A stretch of 64,000 nucleotides of DNA, from the NCBI GenBank assembly GCA_963714695.1, contig CAVQPQ010000003.1:616866-680865 (forward strand), given 5' to 3'. Both the position numbers and the translations under genes were made by a program. This DNA is from an uncultured Verrucomicrobiae bacterium (GTDB lineage: Bacteria; Verrucomicrobiota; Verrucomicrobiia; Limisphaerales; UBA11358). Positions 1-9,089 of the stretch are shown here, in pieces. Positions within the stretch are counted from its first letter, which is position 1; each line of letters begins with the position of its first letter. Under the pieces are notes generated by a model that ran no database searches, was not told the DNA's origin, and worked only from the letters and a program-made list of their open reading frames with translations.

Positions 1-107
1 TTCCGGTTCGATTTGGGTTCGGCGGCGGCGGTTGTGCGGCCGACTGCGGGCTGCGGAGGATTTGTAATTCTACCATGACCGGAGGAAAGCACGAAAAATC
101 GATGGGT

Positions 108-128
108 GCTATGGGGTGTTACCCTACC
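108..128 (-). promoter_or_regulatory. Upstream motif copy 1 (GGTAGGGTAACACCCCATAGC on the minus strand)
   Basis: The plus strand reads gctatggggtgttaccctacc. It points leftward toward a possible edge-truncated minus-strand ORF with an ATG at 76. Confidence 0.5.
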
Positions 129-365
129 AGTGAACTTTACGAATCAATCCCGGCGTGGCGGCGACGCCCGTACCCGACCGGGAAATCAGTTGGAGTTCAC
201 ACTTCAGCGTGTCGGGCCGACGCGGAGGGAAACAAACTGAAGCTTGAACTCCAACCTACCCGGCTTGCGTTTCCAAACTGAAACCAAGGGTTTTCCCAGT
301 GGCGGCAAGGAACCCCCTAGTCGCGGCCAAACCTTACGCAGGGTAACAGTAATTATGAACATTAA
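108..365. repeat. 258-bp intergenic module, copy A (paralog of 4689-4946)
   Basis: It aligns colinearly with 4689-4946 at a constant offset of 4581, and most positions are identical. It contains a long hairpin (189-207 pairs with 237-255) and ends at an ATGAACATTA start. Confidence 0.85.
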
Positions 366-501
366 CCGGACACGAGGCAAAACCCTGGTTGGAGGCCGGA
401 GCGTAATTGCTCGCGGAACACAATCTCTCCCGGATTCACAGTTTTCATAACCGGACCTAAAACTCATTTTATCGTCAACCGCCGGAGAAATAATCAACAC
501 T

Positions 502-1590
502 TTGAATACTCCCAATCTTTTCTCTCCCGTTCGTCTGGGCGCGCTGGAAGCGCCCAATCGCATCGTGATGGCTCCGCTCACGCGGATGCGCGCGGGTCCG
601 GGCCGCGTGCCGACGCCGTTGATGGCGGAGTATTATGCCCAGCGGGCGACGGCGGGTTTGATCATCACAGAAGCCACGGCAATTTCCCAGCAAGGCACGG
701 GCTGCCCCAACTCGCCCGGAATCTACACCTACGAACAGATCGCCGGCTGGCAGCGGGTCACCGAGGCGGTGCATTGTGCCGGCGGCCGCATTTTTCTTCA
801 GCTCTGGCACATGGGCCGGATCTCTCATCCGAGCTTCCAACCGGACGGTGGATTGCCGGTCGCGCCCAGCGCCATTGCCCCGCGATCCGGCCAGGCGCTC
901 ACGGAGGACGGAAGGCAGCCTTATGTTACGCCGCGCGCTCTGAAGAAAGAAGAGTTGCCCGGGATTGTGGCGCAGTATGCCGCCGGGGCCAAACACGCCA
1001 AAATCGCCGGCTTCGACGGCGTGGAAATTCACAATGCCGACGGTTATCTGCTGGATCAGTTCCTCTGCGATGGCACGAACCATCGCACCGATTATTACGG
1101 CGGCCTCGTGCGGAACCGCGCCCGGCTCACACTGGAAGTAACCGTAGCCGTTGCCAAGGTATGGGGTGCCGACCGCGTGGGCCTCTGCTTCTCGCCGGGA
1201 GGTGTTTTCAACGACATGTACGATTCGAATCCGCTGGCGACGTTCAGTCATATGTTGCACGAGTTAAATCGCTTCAAACTTGCCTACGCGCACTTGATCA
1301 TGTCCACGGAAGGTGATTTTCGGCATGGCGCGGCGCCGATGTCGCTGGTGGCACTGCGGCACGAGTTTCAAGGGCCGTTGATTGTCGCCAGCGGCTTCAC
1401 TTGCGCGACGGCGACGCAGTGCTTGGAGGAGGGCTTGGCCGATGCCACAGCTTTTGGGCAATTGTTCATTGCGAATCCCGACTTGCCCGAACGTTTCCGG
1501 TTGAAGTCGCCGTTGAACCCGCCGGACGAAACGCCTTTTTATGGCGGAGTGGAAACGGGTTGTCCCGATTATCCGGCGACAGGAAGATGA
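502..1590 (+). CDS. Old Yellow Enzyme family NADH:flavin oxidoreductase (alkene / N-ethylmaleimide reductase-like)
   Basis: 362-aa ORF. The segments LFSPVRLGALEAPNRIVMAPLTRMRA, QLWHMGR and GFDGVEIHNADGYLLDQFL are typical of OYE TIM-barrel flavoenzymes. Confidence 0.9.
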   Translation: MNTPNLFSPVRLGALEAPNRIVMAPLTRMRAGPGRVPTPLMAEYYAQRATAGLIITEATAISQQGTGCPNSPGIYTYEQIAGWQRVTEAVHCAGGRIFLQLWHMGRISHPSFQPDGGLPVAPSAIAPRSGQALTEDGRQPYVTPRALKKEELPGIVAQYAAGAKHAKIAGFDGVEIHNADGYLLDQFLCDGTNHRTDYYGGLVRNRARLTLEVTVAVAKVWGADRVGLCFSPGGVFNDMYDSNPLATFSHMLHELNRFKLAYAHLIMSTEGDFRHGAAPMSLVALRHEFQGPLIVASGFTCATATQCLEEGLADATAFGQLFIANPDLPERFRLKSPLNPPDETPFYGGVETGCPDYPATGR

Positions 1591-1699
1591 AACCGGCTTC
1601 CATTACAAGGTGGCAGAAACCCATCCCTTTCTCATTCGAACCGACCGGTTCGAAATGCGGCCGCCGCGCGAAAGTTTTTTGATGCGTGGCGGAGACCAT

Positions 1700-1940
1700 G
1701 CAGATGTTGGATTTTGATTCGGGTGGACAGTCGTTTATCAACGGGTGGCTACTCTTTCCCCCCTGATCAGCGGCTGTCGCCCGAATCATAGCCAACGTAA
1801 TTTCTTCCCCGTGAACCCGGTCGAGGCGGCAAAGAGGTCGTCCAGAATCAGGAGTTGCGGCGACTGCAAGGAGTGTGCGGATGCGGGCGCCTTGCGTTGT
1901 TCGCCGTTGGACAGGGTGGCCAGCCGGCGGCGGTTGAAAA
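1700..1940 (-). pseudogene. ABC-transporter ATP-binding domain remnant (signature motif plus Walker B, frameshifted)
   Basis: Minus-strand translation gives LSNGEQRK...SPQLLILDD. It then continues in another frame as LDRVHGEEITLAMIRATAADQGGKSSHPL. There is no N-terminal Walker A region and no intact ORF. Confidence 0.35.
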
Positions 1941-2095
1941 CGGAAAGGAAAATGATGAAACTCAAAGCACCGTTTGGCCGGGAAACCCGCTTTGACCAGC
2001 CGATGTGAATTATAACCCGGACCCGGGGACAGCGGTCTCCGGTATCCGGAGCGGTTCGCCCAGCAGGCGTTGGGGCGCAATTCCAAAGCGGTGCA

Positions 2096-2524
2096 TCATG
2101 CCTGCTCGAAACACGCCGAAGTCACCGTGCCATCGCTGGATGATTGGGAGACTCCCGTTGACAATCTTGGCAATTCGTCGGCACATTTTTGTGACTCGAC
2201 CACAGGCAAATCATCCGCAGATAAATTGAAATTGAGCGAAGCAAACCAATGTTTTATCGGGTGTTCTTTGGCATAAACAATTCCGCATGGCGGGATCGGA
2301 AGTCCAATGAAGCGCCCAAGTTCAGCACAAATAAATTCGTTGGAAATGCAGTATTTTGACTTTTCATTATTTTTGGCCTTTGCCTTCAAAAGGCCATTAT
2401 AAGAGAGATGGTCGCCGTCATTGGCGTCTCTTGATTCAGCAATGGACACTATAGAAAAAAGTCCAGCCATAATGATTGACAGAGCTTTTATCATCGGAAA
2501 TGAAGCGTCAATCATGTTTTTCAT
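2096..2524 (-). CDS. Hypothetical protein in a locally AT-richer patch
   Basis: Internal ATG of the 2096-2665 ORF (MKNMIDASFPMIKAL...). Composition clearly differs from the flanks. No confident family assignment. Confidence 0.3.
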   Translation of the reverse strand: MKNMIDASFPMIKALSIIMAGLFSIVSIAESRDANDGDHLSYNGLLKAKAKNNEKSKYCISNEFICAELGRFIGLPIPPCGIVYAKEHPIKHWFASLNFNLSADDLPVVESQKCADELPRLSTGVSQSSSDGTVTSACFEQA

Positions 2525-2741
2525 GGAAAAACGGCATTTTCGGCCAGCGCGTTGCCAAGCCCTACCAAACCACAAAAAAGCGCAATCTGGCGCACCATGA
2601 CCTTTTATTGGCACTGCGGCACATAAGCTGCTATAGTATGGTTGAGTTGTGGTTGCAACAGGCAATCAGCGAACGATATGTAATCATAATAACCCGCCTG
2701 TTGCTTCGTTCACGCCGCAGCGAAAGAAAGAAGAGCAATAA

Positions 2742-3116
2742 ATGAAAAATACAAAAATCACCCGCAAGGCGGGCTTCACCTTGGTGGAAATCATGATTGT
2801 CGTGGCCATTATCGGCCTGTTGGCGGCAATCGCCATTCCCAACTTCGTGAAGGCTCGTGCCTCCTCGCAGGCCAATGCCTGCATCAACAACCTGCGTCAG
2901 ATTGACGGCGCCGCCCAGCAATGGGCGCTGGAAAGAGGCCAGTCCACCGGAGCTGCCATCAACTATCCCAACGACCTGACGCCTTACATCAAGCTGAACT
3001 CGGCCAGCAGCATTCCTCCGTGTCCGGCCGGCGGCACTTATACTGACCCCACCGTCGGTGGTACGCCGCAGTGCTCATTGGGCACCGGGATTACTCCGCA
3101 ACACGTATTGCCGTAA
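2742..3116 (+). CDS. Prepilin-type N-terminal cleavage/methylation domain protein (type IV pilin / pseudopilin-like)
   Basis: The N-terminus KAGFTLVEIMIVVAIIGLLAAIAIPNF matches the G-F-T-L-x-E class III signal followed by a hydrophobic helix. Confidence 0.85.
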   Translation: MKNTKITRKAGFTLVEIMIVVAIIGLLAAIAIPNFVKARASSQANACINNLRQIDGAAQQWALERGQSTGAAINYPNDLTPYIKLNSASSIPPCPAGGTYTDPTVGGTPQCSLGTGITPQHVLP

Positions 3117-3149
3117 TCAACAGCCGAGTTGGTTCATAGGCTCGAGGCG

Positions 3150-3168
3150 AAGGCTTCGGGCCTTTTTT
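3150..3168 (+). terminator. Possible rho-independent terminator after the pilin-like gene
   Basis: AAGGC-ttcgg-GCCTT stem-loop followed by a T run, 34 nt after the stop codon. The stem is short. Confidence 0.4.
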
Positions 3169-3504
3169 GCTCTCAGGCGTGCAATCTCGAAACTGATTAC
3201 CTATGTCACCGCGTCAATCAGTCTGTCGGTGGTGCGCCAGCCTGTTTGCGACGAGAACGGCGCCGGGTTCGGAGCCCCAACAGCGGAGAATCCAACGGCG
3301 CTTTGGTCGCACCATATAATTCTGCGGAGTGACGAAACTTGGCTGCCGAAATGGAGCGGCAAGCTGGGTGGAGTGGAGCGGTGTGCCGTTCGGTCGCGCG
3401 GGAGATGTCCTGGGGCAATCCGGGTTTTATCGCGCGCGCTGGCAATGGTCGGACAGACGAAGCCAATCAAGCCTGTTTGACCAGTGGAATCTTTCCGGAA
3501 GACT

Positions 3505-4083
3505 CTAGCCCGCAGCCAGTTTCCCCTGCGGAAGCAATCCGGCCTGCATGGCAAAACGCACCAGGCCCGGAACATCATGAATGTTCAGGCAGTTCATCAA
3601 CTTCATGCGATGGTATTCGACGGTCTTGGGGCTGACTTTCAGAATCACGCCGATCTGTTTGGTGTTCTGGCCTTCGGCGATGAGTTGGAGAATCTCGCGC
3701 TGACGCCCCGAAAGCTCATCGAGCGGGCTTTTCCGGTCAGCAATCGCTTGCAGGGGAATTTTTTTGAGGAACCGGGTGGAAATTTCCGGGTTCAGGTGAA
3801 TTTCTTTGTTGACCACACGTTGCAGGATCGTCTCGACCTGCTCCGTCCGCGTCTCGGCCTGCTCGGTTCGGATTTCGGCTTGTTCCGTCCGCGTCTTGGC
3901 CAATTCGGTCCGGGTTTCGGCCTGCTCCGTGCGTGTCTCCGCCGATTCTGCCCGGGTCTTGGCCTGCTCCGTGCGTGTTTCGGCCTGCTCCGTCCGGGCT
4001 TCGGCCTGCTCCGTCCGGGCCTCCGCCCGCTTGATTCGCGTCTGATCGCCGGTCACACCCGCATGTTGATCGTTTTTCCCCAT
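3505..4083 (-). CDS. LuxR/FixJ-type HTH regulator with an N-terminal TEQAE(A/T)R heptad-repeat region in place of a receiver domain
   Basis: The C-terminus LSGRQREILQLIAEGQNTKQIGVILKVSPKTVEYHRMKLMNCL is a LuxR-type HTH. Residues ~20-89 are ~10 consecutive 7-aa repeats. Confidence 0.8.
   Translation of the reverse strand: MGKNDQHAGVTGDQTRIKRAEARTEQAEARTEQAETRTEQAKTRAESAETRTEQAETRTELAKTRTEQAEIRTEQAETRTEQVETILQRVVNKEIHLNPEISTRFLKKIPLQAIADRKSPLDELSGRQREILQLIAEGQNTKQIGVILKVSPKTVEYHRMKLMNCLNIHDVPGLVRFAMQAGLLPQGKLAAG
3817..4030. repeat. 21-bp tandem repeat (~10 units) encoding the heptad array
   Basis: Plus-strand units resemble gtccgggcttcggcctgctcc and follow one another back to back. Confidence 0.85.
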
Positions 4084-4421
4084 TTTGCTGCATTACAAAT
4101 CGCGGTTTAAAGAAATGATTGTCTTGTCCTGCAAGCCGCCCGCCGGCGACTTGCCGGATGACAGCTTATGGAGAATGGCTTCGAATACTTTTAACTTCAC
4201 GGTTGATGTCAGTCCAAAGTTCGCCCAATCCGCAACCAACGCTCCGAAAGCGGGTTTGTTTCAGAGTTGGAAGGTTCATCGCCATTGACCACGAGAATGC
4301 GCTGGAACGGATTCGCCCGGTTTCGGGTTGACCTGATCGCTGTTTGTCGTTCCCAGTTTCAAAAGAAGTATTCACAACTTCGAGCGGGCATCAGGCGGTT
4401 AATGCGTTTGACGGTGACTGG

Positions 4422-4619
4422 CTACCCGATCCGCGGGACGCGGATGTCGCCCGAGTGATTGAGAATGCCAAAGGCAAACAACAGCCACACGATGACGCAA
4501 ATCACCACGACGGCGTTGAGAATTTTTTTAATCTTTCCGTCCATCGGGATATAGGTGTTGACCAGCCAGAGCAGCACGCCAATGACGATCAGAGTGACAG
4601 CGAGGGAAATCAGTGACAT
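4422..4619 (-). CDS. Small two-TM membrane protein (Thivi_2564-like family)
   Basis: 65 aa: MSLISLAVTLIVIGVLLWLVNTYIPMDGKIKKILNAVVVICVIVWLL. A GGAGG lies 7 nt upstream, and motif copy 2 lies 70 nt upstream. Confidence 0.7.
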   Translation of the reverse strand: MSLISLAVTLIVIGVLLWLVNTYIPMDGKIKKILNAVVVICVIVWLLFAFGILNHSGDIRVPRIG

Positions 4620-4688
4620 AGATTGCCTCCAATTTGGGTGAGTGTTTTATTATTCATGCTGAAAGCCTAAGCCGAAGAATGGGCGGGC

Positions 4689-4709
4689 GCTATGGGGTGT
4701 TACCCTACC
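4689..4709 (-). promoter_or_regulatory. Upstream motif copy 2
   Basis: gctatggggtgttaccctacc on the plus strand, 70 nt upstream of the minus-strand start at 4619. Confidence 0.6.
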
Positions 4710-4946
4710 AGTGGATTTTGCGAATTCAATCCCGGCGTGACCGCGACGCCCGCGTGCAACCGGAAAATCAGTTGGAGTTCACGCTTCAGCGTGCCGGCCG
4801 GCGAAAAGGGAAACAAGCTGAAGCTTGATCTCCAACCTCTCCGGCTCACGCTGCCAAACTGAGACCAAGGGTTTTCCCAGTGGCGGCAAGGAACACCCTA
4901 GTCGCAGCCAGACCTCGCAGAGGGTAACGGTAATTATGAACATTAT
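4689..4946. repeat. 258-bp intergenic module, copy B
   Basis: See copy A. The hairpin arms lie at 4770-4788 and 4818-4836. The module ends at the ATG (4936) of the FN3 gene. Confidence 0.85.
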
Positions 4947-5517
4947 TCACGAACGCGGAGCGCAACGCGCAAACAATATTTTGCGCCGGCTTTTCAAAAT
5001 TACCGGACTGACAAAACTTCTGGGAAGTTTCTTGATCCTCGCTGCTTTCAGCCCAACCGTTCAGGCCGGGCCAAGCGTCACTTTGGCCTGGAACCGAAGC
5101 ACGAACGCAATCGTTGCGGGTTACAACGTTTATTATGGTGGAGCCAGCGGCGACTATACCAATGAGATTTCCGCCGGCAATGCGACGAAGGCAACCATTT
5201 CCGGTCTGATTCCGGGAACCACCTACTATTTCGCGGCGACAGCGTACGCGTCTTCGGGTTTGGAAAGCGCTTTTTCAGGCGAAGTGTCGTACACCGTGCC
5301 AATCCTTCCCGGAGTGCAGCTCCGCATTACACCCACCCGGCAGTTCATTCTGACCGTGACCGGCCCGGTCGGCCACACGTATGACATCCAGGCGACGCAG
5401 GATTTCATCACCTGGACAGTCATCGGCACTGTGACGGTGGGAACCAACGGTACGTTGAATTTCACCGACACGAACGCGGCGGGTTTTTCAAAGCGCTTCT
5501 ATCGCACACAAGGATGA
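4936..5517 (+). CDS. Secreted fibronectin type III domain protein
   Basis: An internal ATG sits where the repeat module ends. The signal-like segment is LLGSFLILAAFSPTVQA. The FN3 signature is LAWNRSTNAIVAGYNVYYG...GTTYYFAATAY. Confidence 0.75.
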   Translation: MNIIHERGAQRANNILRRLFKITGLTKLLGSFLILAAFSPTVQAGPSVTLAWNRSTNAIVAGYNVYYGGASGDYTNEISAGNATKATISGLIPGTTYYFAATAYASSGLESAFSGEVSYTVPILPGVQLRITPTRQFILTVTGPVGHTYDIQATQDFITWTVIGTVTVGTNGTLNFTDTNAAGFSKRFYRTQG

Positions 5518-6102
5518 CACTGAAATGACCTCCGAGGCAGGGAACTATTGCTGCGATAGTGTGGCAAGATCGCGAAACCGCTCCGCCGTCTCTGGTCAAG
5601 AATTAACGGAAGTTAAAAATATGTCACTCTATCTCAGCCAAAGATGTTGGGGCCGATCATGCCTGCATCTGGCGTCGGCGGTGCGCGCCGGCCACTGGCG
5701 CTGGCATTTCGCCGGCATCGGACGGGAGATTCATTTCACGAGGATAACCCTGAACGGACCCACCACGGCGGGCGGCTGATTATAAAAACGCCGCCCGCCG
5801 GCGGTGGTATAAACAAAAACGAAAATGATGAAACTCAAAGTACAGTTTGGCCGGGAAAGCCGCTTTAATCAACCGATCCGGTGCATCATCCGACCCCGGG
5901 CGCAGTATTCGCCAGGCATCCGGGTTTTGTCACACGCGCTGGCAAACTGCACCCGAAGCGGGCGCCTTCCCTGTTTATTTCGGTTTTCGGGTTCAACATT
6001 GACCACCCAGCGTCCAGGATCGGCCAGCTTCGCCGTCAACCGGTGTTTGATATTGGCTGCCCAAAACCGGGCTGCCGTGTCGGGGCTGGATTCAGCAAGT
6101 CC

Positions 6103-6129
6103 GGCGTGGGGGAAACGCCACCCGGCGCC
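6103..6129 (+). promoter_or_regulatory. Upstream motif copy 3 (degenerate)
   Basis: ggcgtgggggaaacgccacccggcgcc. The surrounding ~90 nt (6040-6130) align with the reverse complement of 8331-8420 upstream of the other orphan receiver operon. Confidence 0.45.
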
Positions 6130-6163
6130 CGCAAGTTTTGCCGGTTTATTATTTATCTTTCTA

Positions 6164-6594
6164 TGAAAGACAACCCCATCTTGCAAGCGGCAGAGTCGGC
6201 CTGCGTGCCAACTCCGCCCCGCCGCATTCTCCTGGTTGATGACGACATTGACCTCCGCCAGCTTTACACCAATGTGCTGGTCCGTTCCGGTTACCGCGTT
6301 GACACCGCCGAAGATGGCGCATCCGGCTGGAAGGCGCTTAATGCCGGTTGCTACGACCTCCTTATCACCGACAACACCATGCCAAGGGTCACGGGCCTGG
6401 ATCTGATCAAAAAATTGCGTTCCGAAGACATGACGCTGTCGGTCATCCTGGCGTCGGGAACGGCGCCGACGGAAGAGCTGAACCGGTGCCCGTGGCTGAA
6501 ACTTGACGCTGTGCTGCCGAAGCCTTTCTCCATCGGCGAGTTGTTGGAAACGGTGAGAGCAGTCCTGCGCGCCACCGACAGTGCCGCCGGGTAA
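6164..6594 (+). CDS. Single-domain response regulator (CheY-like receiver)
   Basis: RILLVDDDIDLRQ...YDLLITDNTMPRVTGLDLIKKLR...LPKPFS. The start is taken at MKDNPIL, and the longer ORF extension overlaps repeat sequence. Confidence 0.85.
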
Positions 6595-6638
6595 TTCGAT
6601 CCACTGCCAGCCACTGGCTGCTGGTTTTACAGCTTTGT

Positions 6639-7280
6639 TCAGGTCGGCGGCGCCGCAATCAAGTCCACCCGGAACGCCTTGATGGCATTGAGCATGAATT
6701 GAATGGCGACGGCCGCCAGCAACAGTCCCATGATGCGGATGGCGATGCTCATCATGATCGGACTCAACCAGCGCGCGCCCCGGGCGGAGATTCTCAAAAT
6801 CAGGTAACTCATCAGCGAAACCGCCACGATGCAGCCGTAAAGCGCGATGTGCTGGGGAATGTCCTTCGCTTCATTCTGGAGCAGAATTGTCGTGGAAATC
6901 GCGCCCGGCCCGGCGAGCATCGGAATGGCCAGCGGCGTCACGGCAACGTCCGTCTTTTCGGTCCCGGCCTTTCTTTCTTCATGGGTTTCCTGGACGCGCG
7001 AACGTTGGGCGCGCACCATGTCCAGCGCCACCATCAGCAGCAGGATGCTGGCGGCGATCTGAAACGCCGGCATGGTGATGCCCATGACCTTGAAGACCAG
7101 TTGTCCGGCCACGGAAAACAACAGGAGAACCCCCGCCGTCACGCAACAAGCCAGCCGCGCCGTGCGGATGCGTTGTTCTGCCGTGTCGTTCGGCGTCATG
7201 GCCAGAAATGCCGGCACGACGGCCAGCGGATCCACAATCACGAAAAGCGAGCTGGCCGCCAGCAAAATGTATTCAAACAA
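6639..7280 (-). CDS. MarC family (UPF0056) integral membrane protein
   Basis: 213 aa with ~6 TM segments. The N-terminus SSLFVIVDPLAVVPAFLAMT is typical of MarC/NAAT family proteins. Confidence 0.85.
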   Translation of the reverse strand: MFEYILLAASSLFVIVDPLAVVPAFLAMTPNDTAEQRIRTARLACCVTAGVLLLFSVAGQLVFKVMGITMPAFQIAASILLLMVALDMVRAQRSRVQETHEERKAGTEKTDVAVTPLAIPMLAGPGAISTTILLQNEAKDIPQHIALYGCIVAVSLMSYLILRISARGARWLSPIMMSIAIRIMGLLLAAVAIQFMLNAIKAFRVDLIAAPPT

Positions 7281-7461
7281 TTTGATGGAACCGAATTAGA
7301 CGCGGATTCCCGTGAAAGTCAATTGATAGAATGACCAGCCGGTGCAGAATCACCTCTCGCATTGGAACAGGTTTGGAATTCTCATCACAGGTGGCAAGGG
7401 ATTTATATTGGGCACGACCCGAAATTATAAACTGAAACATTTTTCGGGTGCTATCCGGCGT

Positions 7462-7590
7462 TCACTCCATTTTCCGACAATCGGAGGCCGGACCAGGCGG
7501 GGCGGAGGCCGCGATGGCGCAGGCGCAGAGGATGAATGCGGCGCAGCCAAAGGAGACGGCCATAAACGAGAAGATGAGGAAAAGCATCAT
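7462..7590 (-). CDS. Possible 42-aa membrane peptide downstream of the receiver gene
   Basis: MMLFLIFSFMAVSFGCAAFILCACAIAA... with a GGAG 8 nt upstream. It starts 22 nt after the upstream stop codon. It is short and unsupported by homology. Confidence 0.25.
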   Translation of the reverse strand: MMLFLIFSFMAVSFGCAAFILCACAIAASAPPGPASDCRKME

Positions 7591-7612
7591 TTTCGGGCTC
7601 CGGATTTCTTTA

Positions 7613-8116
7613 TCACAGCCGCAAACCACCGGCTGATGGCTGGCTCCGCCCGTTTGGCAACGGCGCGATTTGCTCGCGGACGCCATCGGGCACATGCAAG
7701 ACCGCTTGCACCGTTTGCAGTAATTGTTCCGGGGAGACGGGTTTTAGCAGCACGCCGGAAAGCTGAAGCCACGGACTCCGGTTTAACTCCTGTGGCGTCA
7801 TTATTCCCGAGGCCAGAATGACCGGCAACGCCAGACGCGCGGCACGCAGCTTCTTCACCAGCTTCAAGCCGGACAATCTCGGCATATCGAGGTCGGTGAT
7901 CAGAAGATCATAGGTGTGAGCCTGGAGAGCTTTCCAGCCGGCGGTGCTGTCTGCAGCGGCGTCCACCCGATAGCCGTGGCGAATCAACACTTCCGCTCCG
8001 ATTTTGCGGATGCCCGTATCATCATCCACCACGAGGATGCGATGGAACCGATGGGTTGTGCCTGGAGTTGATGCGGTGGCGGCCTTGGCGCCGCGGGTTT
8101 TGAGGAGTTTTTTCAT
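7613..8116 (-). CDS. Single-domain response regulator (CheY-like receiver), paralog of 6164-6594
   Basis: RILVVDDDTGIRK...YDLLITDLDMPRLSGLKLVKKLR...LLKPVS. Confidence 0.85.
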   Translation of the reverse strand: MKKLLKTRGAKAATASTPGTTHRFHRILVVDDDTGIRKIGAEVLIRHGYRVDAAADSTAGWKALQAHTYDLLITDLDMPRLSGLKLVKKLRAARLALPVILASGIMTPQELNRSPWLQLSGVLLKPVSPEQLLQTVQAVLHVPDGVREQIAPLPNGRSQPSAGGLRL

Positions 8117-8304
8117 AGGACTGAAAATAAATTGTCGAGACCCGGCTCAAGAATCACAAAGTGATCGTGTCCGCGAAACTTAAGCAGGCGCCCATTGACG
8201 GCGAGCCGCACAATTCCTTCGGCTTTTTGTCTGCCGCAGGCGTCGTAAACAGCCATGATGACTTCACCAAACGTCAGGTATCGTTTCCTGCAATTGGTTT
8301 TCAT
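8113..8304 (-). CDS. Small hypothetical protein translationally coupled to the receiver gene
   Basis: 63 aa starting at MKTNCRKRYLTFGEV. Its stop overlaps the downstream start as ATGA (8113-8116). Motif copy 4 lies 32 nt upstream. Confidence 0.45.
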   Translation of the reverse strand: MKTNCRKRYLTFGEVIMAVYDACGRQKAEGIVRLAVNGRLLKFRGHDHFVILEPGLDNLFSVL

Positions 8305-8335
8305 GGTATAATTGTAAACGGGAAGCCGCGCGGGC

Positions 8336-8358
8336 GCTATGGGGTGTTTACCCCATAT
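8336..8358 (-). promoter_or_regulatory. Upstream motif copy 4 (palindromic form)
   Basis: gctatggggtgtttaccccatat contains the inverted repeat TATGGGGT-gttt-ACCCCATA. Confidence 0.6.
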
Positions 8359-8885
8359 GCCAGACTTGATGAATCCTGCCCCGACACGGCGGGGCGGCTT
8401 TGGGCGACCAACATTGAACATTGGCTGACGGCAACCGAAAATATTCAACACTCAAGACCCAAATCCGCTATCGCGCGAGCAGGCATCCAACATCCAAGTG
8501 ACCGGCGCAAGAATACTTGGAGGTTCGGTGTTGAATGTTGAACCCGAATTCCGAAGCCGGCGAGGACGGGGGACGAGGCCGGGGCGGAGATGACATGAGT
8601 AGTCGGCGGGCGGGCGCAGCAACTGCCTTCTTTCAAGACACAGAACATTTCCCAACCGCTCGTCCATCCCACTTGGCTGCGGCCGGGACGGCCGCACTCC
8701 GCCAAAGCAGAAACAATCAAATGTCCAACGCGCCTTTCACAAAGGAGTTTGGGACCAAGCAGTATAAATTCAACTGTCCCCAATCCCTCTGTCGCATCCG
8801 TTTGTGTCCATATTCAGGACCAGCCCATGTTCAACTCCTTCGGATAATATATATGGTAATAAAGTGAACGCTGTCTCTCATTCCG

Positions 8886-9089
8886 GTGTATGTTCACGAC
8901 ATGACTATGAATGAGAATACACCGGATCCGACGAAGAAAAACTACGGCACCCGGCCGGCCGTGGGCATACCGGTGCAGGTCCAATGCAACGGTTACAAAT
9001 GCATGGCCTTCCTCGACGGTGAGGGCCGATGGGTGGACCTTTTCAGCCGCCAATTTGTGGACCGGGTCCTGGGCGTGGTTCCCGCTTGA
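8886..9089 (+). CDS. Small hypothetical protein
   Basis: 67-aa ORF preceded by an AT-rich stretch (tatatatggtaataaa). No recognisable family. Confidence 0.3.
   Translation: MYVHDMTMNENTPDPTKKNYGTRPAVGIPVQVQCNGYKCMAFLDGEGRWVDLFSRQFVDRVLGVVPA

Noticed and set aside
3817-4030. Checked whether the tandem repeats (21-bp array here, 10-bp array at 28315-28374) could be CRISPR arrays
   Set aside because: The units are contiguous without unique spacers and are much shorter than CRISPR repeats. The 21-bp array is coding.
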